DNA of 63,720 nucleotides, filler included, from Asterionella formosa (Eukaryota): assembly GCA_002256025.1 (NCBI GenBank). It is 27 parts of 27 records of this genome, joined end to end, with 100 filler letters (N's around TTAATTAATTAA, not from the genome) between each part and the next. Parts side by side here need not be neighbours in the genome. Positions count along the whole stretch, not along the records: positions 59,109 to 61,365 come from NKIB01000115.1; positions 61,466 to 63,720 come from NKIB01000116.1; 25 more parts are not named here. One strand, given 5' to 3'. The notes under the pieces are model-generated. The model had not been told where the DNA came from and searched no databases. It was given only the letters and a program-made list of their open reading frames with translations. Numbering within the stretch: position 1 is the first letter of the stretch; each line of letters opens with the position of its first letter. Shown here one piece after another: positions 61,362 through 63,720 of the stretch. The translations under genes were made by a program, and so were the position numbers.

Positions 61362-63720
61362 TTAANNNNNNNNNNNNNNNNNNNNNNNNNNNNNNNNNNN
61401 NNNNNNNNNTTAATTAATTAANNNNNNNNNNNNNNNNNNNNNNNNNNNNNNNNNNNNNNNNNNNNCAAATCTCTCGCTCAACAGATTGATTGTCTGCAGA
61501 CAAATAACAGCGTTTGCAGAGTAAGTTTGTGATCAACAAGCAAGTAACAAGCACACAATTAAGCCCTTTTTATAATTCATTACAAATAGCAATTCATGCG
61601 CTAACAATTCCGAACAAAGACGAAGGAGAATAGGAGAGGAGATCCGCCCACAACAAGCAACAGCAAACAGTATCAAGCAACAAAAGGCAAGAAAACATTG
61701 CACTTGCTTACCATGCATATTATTTGTCCCCTTTGCATCAGAGGAATCATTTCGACAATGCGAAAAACAAATGATTGATAGCCTGCCTGACACAGAGCAC
61801 GACACATTTCATTCTTCCCGAGGTTCAACCCTGCCCTGGCAAAAACAGTTTGATTGTCCATAGGAAAAGAACAAGGTTCACAGAGTAAGTTCATGACTTG
61901 ACCACTGTTCCAATTCCAAACGGAACAAGAAAGAGGAAGAACGAAATGGAGGTAGAGGAACTACAACAACAATCAAACATAGTTCAGAGCACAAGTCGAA
62001 GAACACGATGGTGCAGAGCAACAAGAGGAAGAACAACAACAATCTAACACATGACCTGTCTCCGTTTTCCGAAAAATTAACTGCTTACCATATATTTCTC
62101 GAACTTTCAGATGCATCCTTTCTGTACTACTGACAAGGAATTACAAAATAATTGCCTGTCTGTTTCTTCCAGAACCGGCCCGCAACAGAGTCCTCGTTGC
62201 TTTTCTGGAAGTGAAGAACATGATTCACAGAGTAAGATCATAGCAGCTGTTTAAACTCACACAAGACCTTTTTCTATTTCTTAACAAACAATGCATATTC
62301 AGTTCATTCGGAGGGCAAAGAACAATCAAGAGAAGGGTATACAGCCACAGTAACCAGAATGCACCACCAGCCAGCTCCTTGTTTCCAACAATAAGATCCA
62401 AAGGGATAACAGCAGAAACAACAGATAGCGACAACGTCGATGACAACGACAACAATAAAAACAACCACAATGCATAATGCATTTTACCACGAAAGTGATA
62501 ATTTGTTCCTTCACCACGTTCTAGCCAGTAGCTGTTTTCCATTAAAAGAAACCTGGCGCGGACGGTCCTCCTCCTATACCTTTGCTTTGTACTAGCCATG
62601 TGTACATTCTACATAACAAAGAGCTGGCGCGCAGTCTATGCTTTGTCAGTATACTTTTTGGCGAGCAATGCAGACCTCACAAAAATCTGACAAACATGGT
62701 GAATCGTCACGATTTTGAACGTTGTGATTTGCAAAAGGTTAGTACCAGTAATACCGCTAGATTGCACTACATAGGATATCTGAATTAATTCAACTATTTT
62801 TCCCACCTTTTCGGAGCGTCTATAAGCAAAACTACCGCTACAATGAAGACTCCAACAGGGAAAATATCTAGCTGTAGCAAATCTATCGAATATGCGAATT
62901 TTTTTAACACAGATATAGCTGTTGCATGTATTCGCCTTCATCTGATGATCATGTCATTGTAGTCGGCCTGAGTAGAAAATAAGAGCTGCAACCAAAGCTA
63001 TTTCTTTTCGGAAAGGCTACAATTTGTCTACAATGATTATTTTCTCAAATGAAATTCGGTTAACAAATCAAATCAAAAGAAACGTTGGTAGATATGTTTT
63101 ATAGATACTGGCACCCGTAGTTCTATAGAAAAAGGAGTCGCATACCGGTACTATATTAGTGTTCATCGAATATCGTTGTAGTCAGTCGAAAATGAGAGGT
63201 ATTTCCGAGATACTTCAAATAGTAAACAGTCATATCTCTAGCAAGTGGCTGGCCTTAGTGAAAGTAGCATTGGATTTATAGCGGTGTTAAATCGAATTGA
63301 ATGAGATAATTTATTTTGTGGTTTTACAAATGATGGATCAAATATCTATATTGGCCGTTGTCTCTTTCTATTAAACAAATATCGGTACATAATCGCTATT
63401 TAATCGTGTTTTATCACCATGAACGACGACGATTGCTGTTTGATATGTGGTAAGGGTCCATTTGTTTCCCTTCACCGTCATTACGCACATAGCCCCGAAT
63501 GCGAAACAGCTGCTGAGTTGTTTCGTAAACCAGCAACTGGTCCAGACGACGGTCAGGAAGAATTTGATGGATTTCATCAATCTCCACCATCACCTGCTGA
63601 TGACTTTTCGTCGTCATTAAAGAAAAGGGCCGAAATTTGTCATGTTCAAACACTATACTTTGGCGATCATACCAATATATATGACATTGATCAAAAAGAA
63701 GATGAAGAAAATACAAGCGA

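Noticed and set aside
2272..61465. Regularly spaced TTAATTAATTAA motif and ORFs ending in X...LIN
   Set aside because: Artificial scaffolding linker. Periodicity and cross-linker gene neighbourhoods are artefacts.

Overview
This window is not one locus. It is 27 unrelated contigs of about 2.25-2.27 kb, joined by an artificial 100-nt linker (44 N + TTAATTAATTAA + 44 N), so nothing can be inferred from adjacency across a linker. The content is eukaryotic and most consistent with a diatom/ochrophyte nuclear genome: GT-AG introns, a diatom-type NRT2, PGRL1, a CLD1-like hydrolase with a bipartite-type presequence, and CoDi-like copia elements. Host genes or fragments include an alpha-carbonic anhydrase 3' end, the XPD/ERCC2 5' end, a vWA-Zn finger-alpha-kinase, the CLD1-like hydrolase, a PGRL1 fragment, the NRT2 5' end, ZZ-finger and ARM-repeat 3' ends and several unknown proteins. 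Much of the rest is a decayed, nested mobilome: four Ty1/copia fragments (two with LTR ends), one Ty3/gypsy, an internally deleted PIF/Harbinger, IS630/Tc1-like and pogo-like transposase remnants, possible DIRS and Crypton remnants, and non-autonomous elements flanked by TTAA or TAA. The most interesting observations are an orphan ORF contig ending in inward-facing telomeric repeats, a TTAA-flanked (Kolobok-like) non-autonomous family, the vWA-MYND-like-alpha-kinase and a captured-looking PGRL1 fragment. No CRISPR array, rRNA or intact tRNA was seen. All family calls come from motif recognition by eye; no database search was run.
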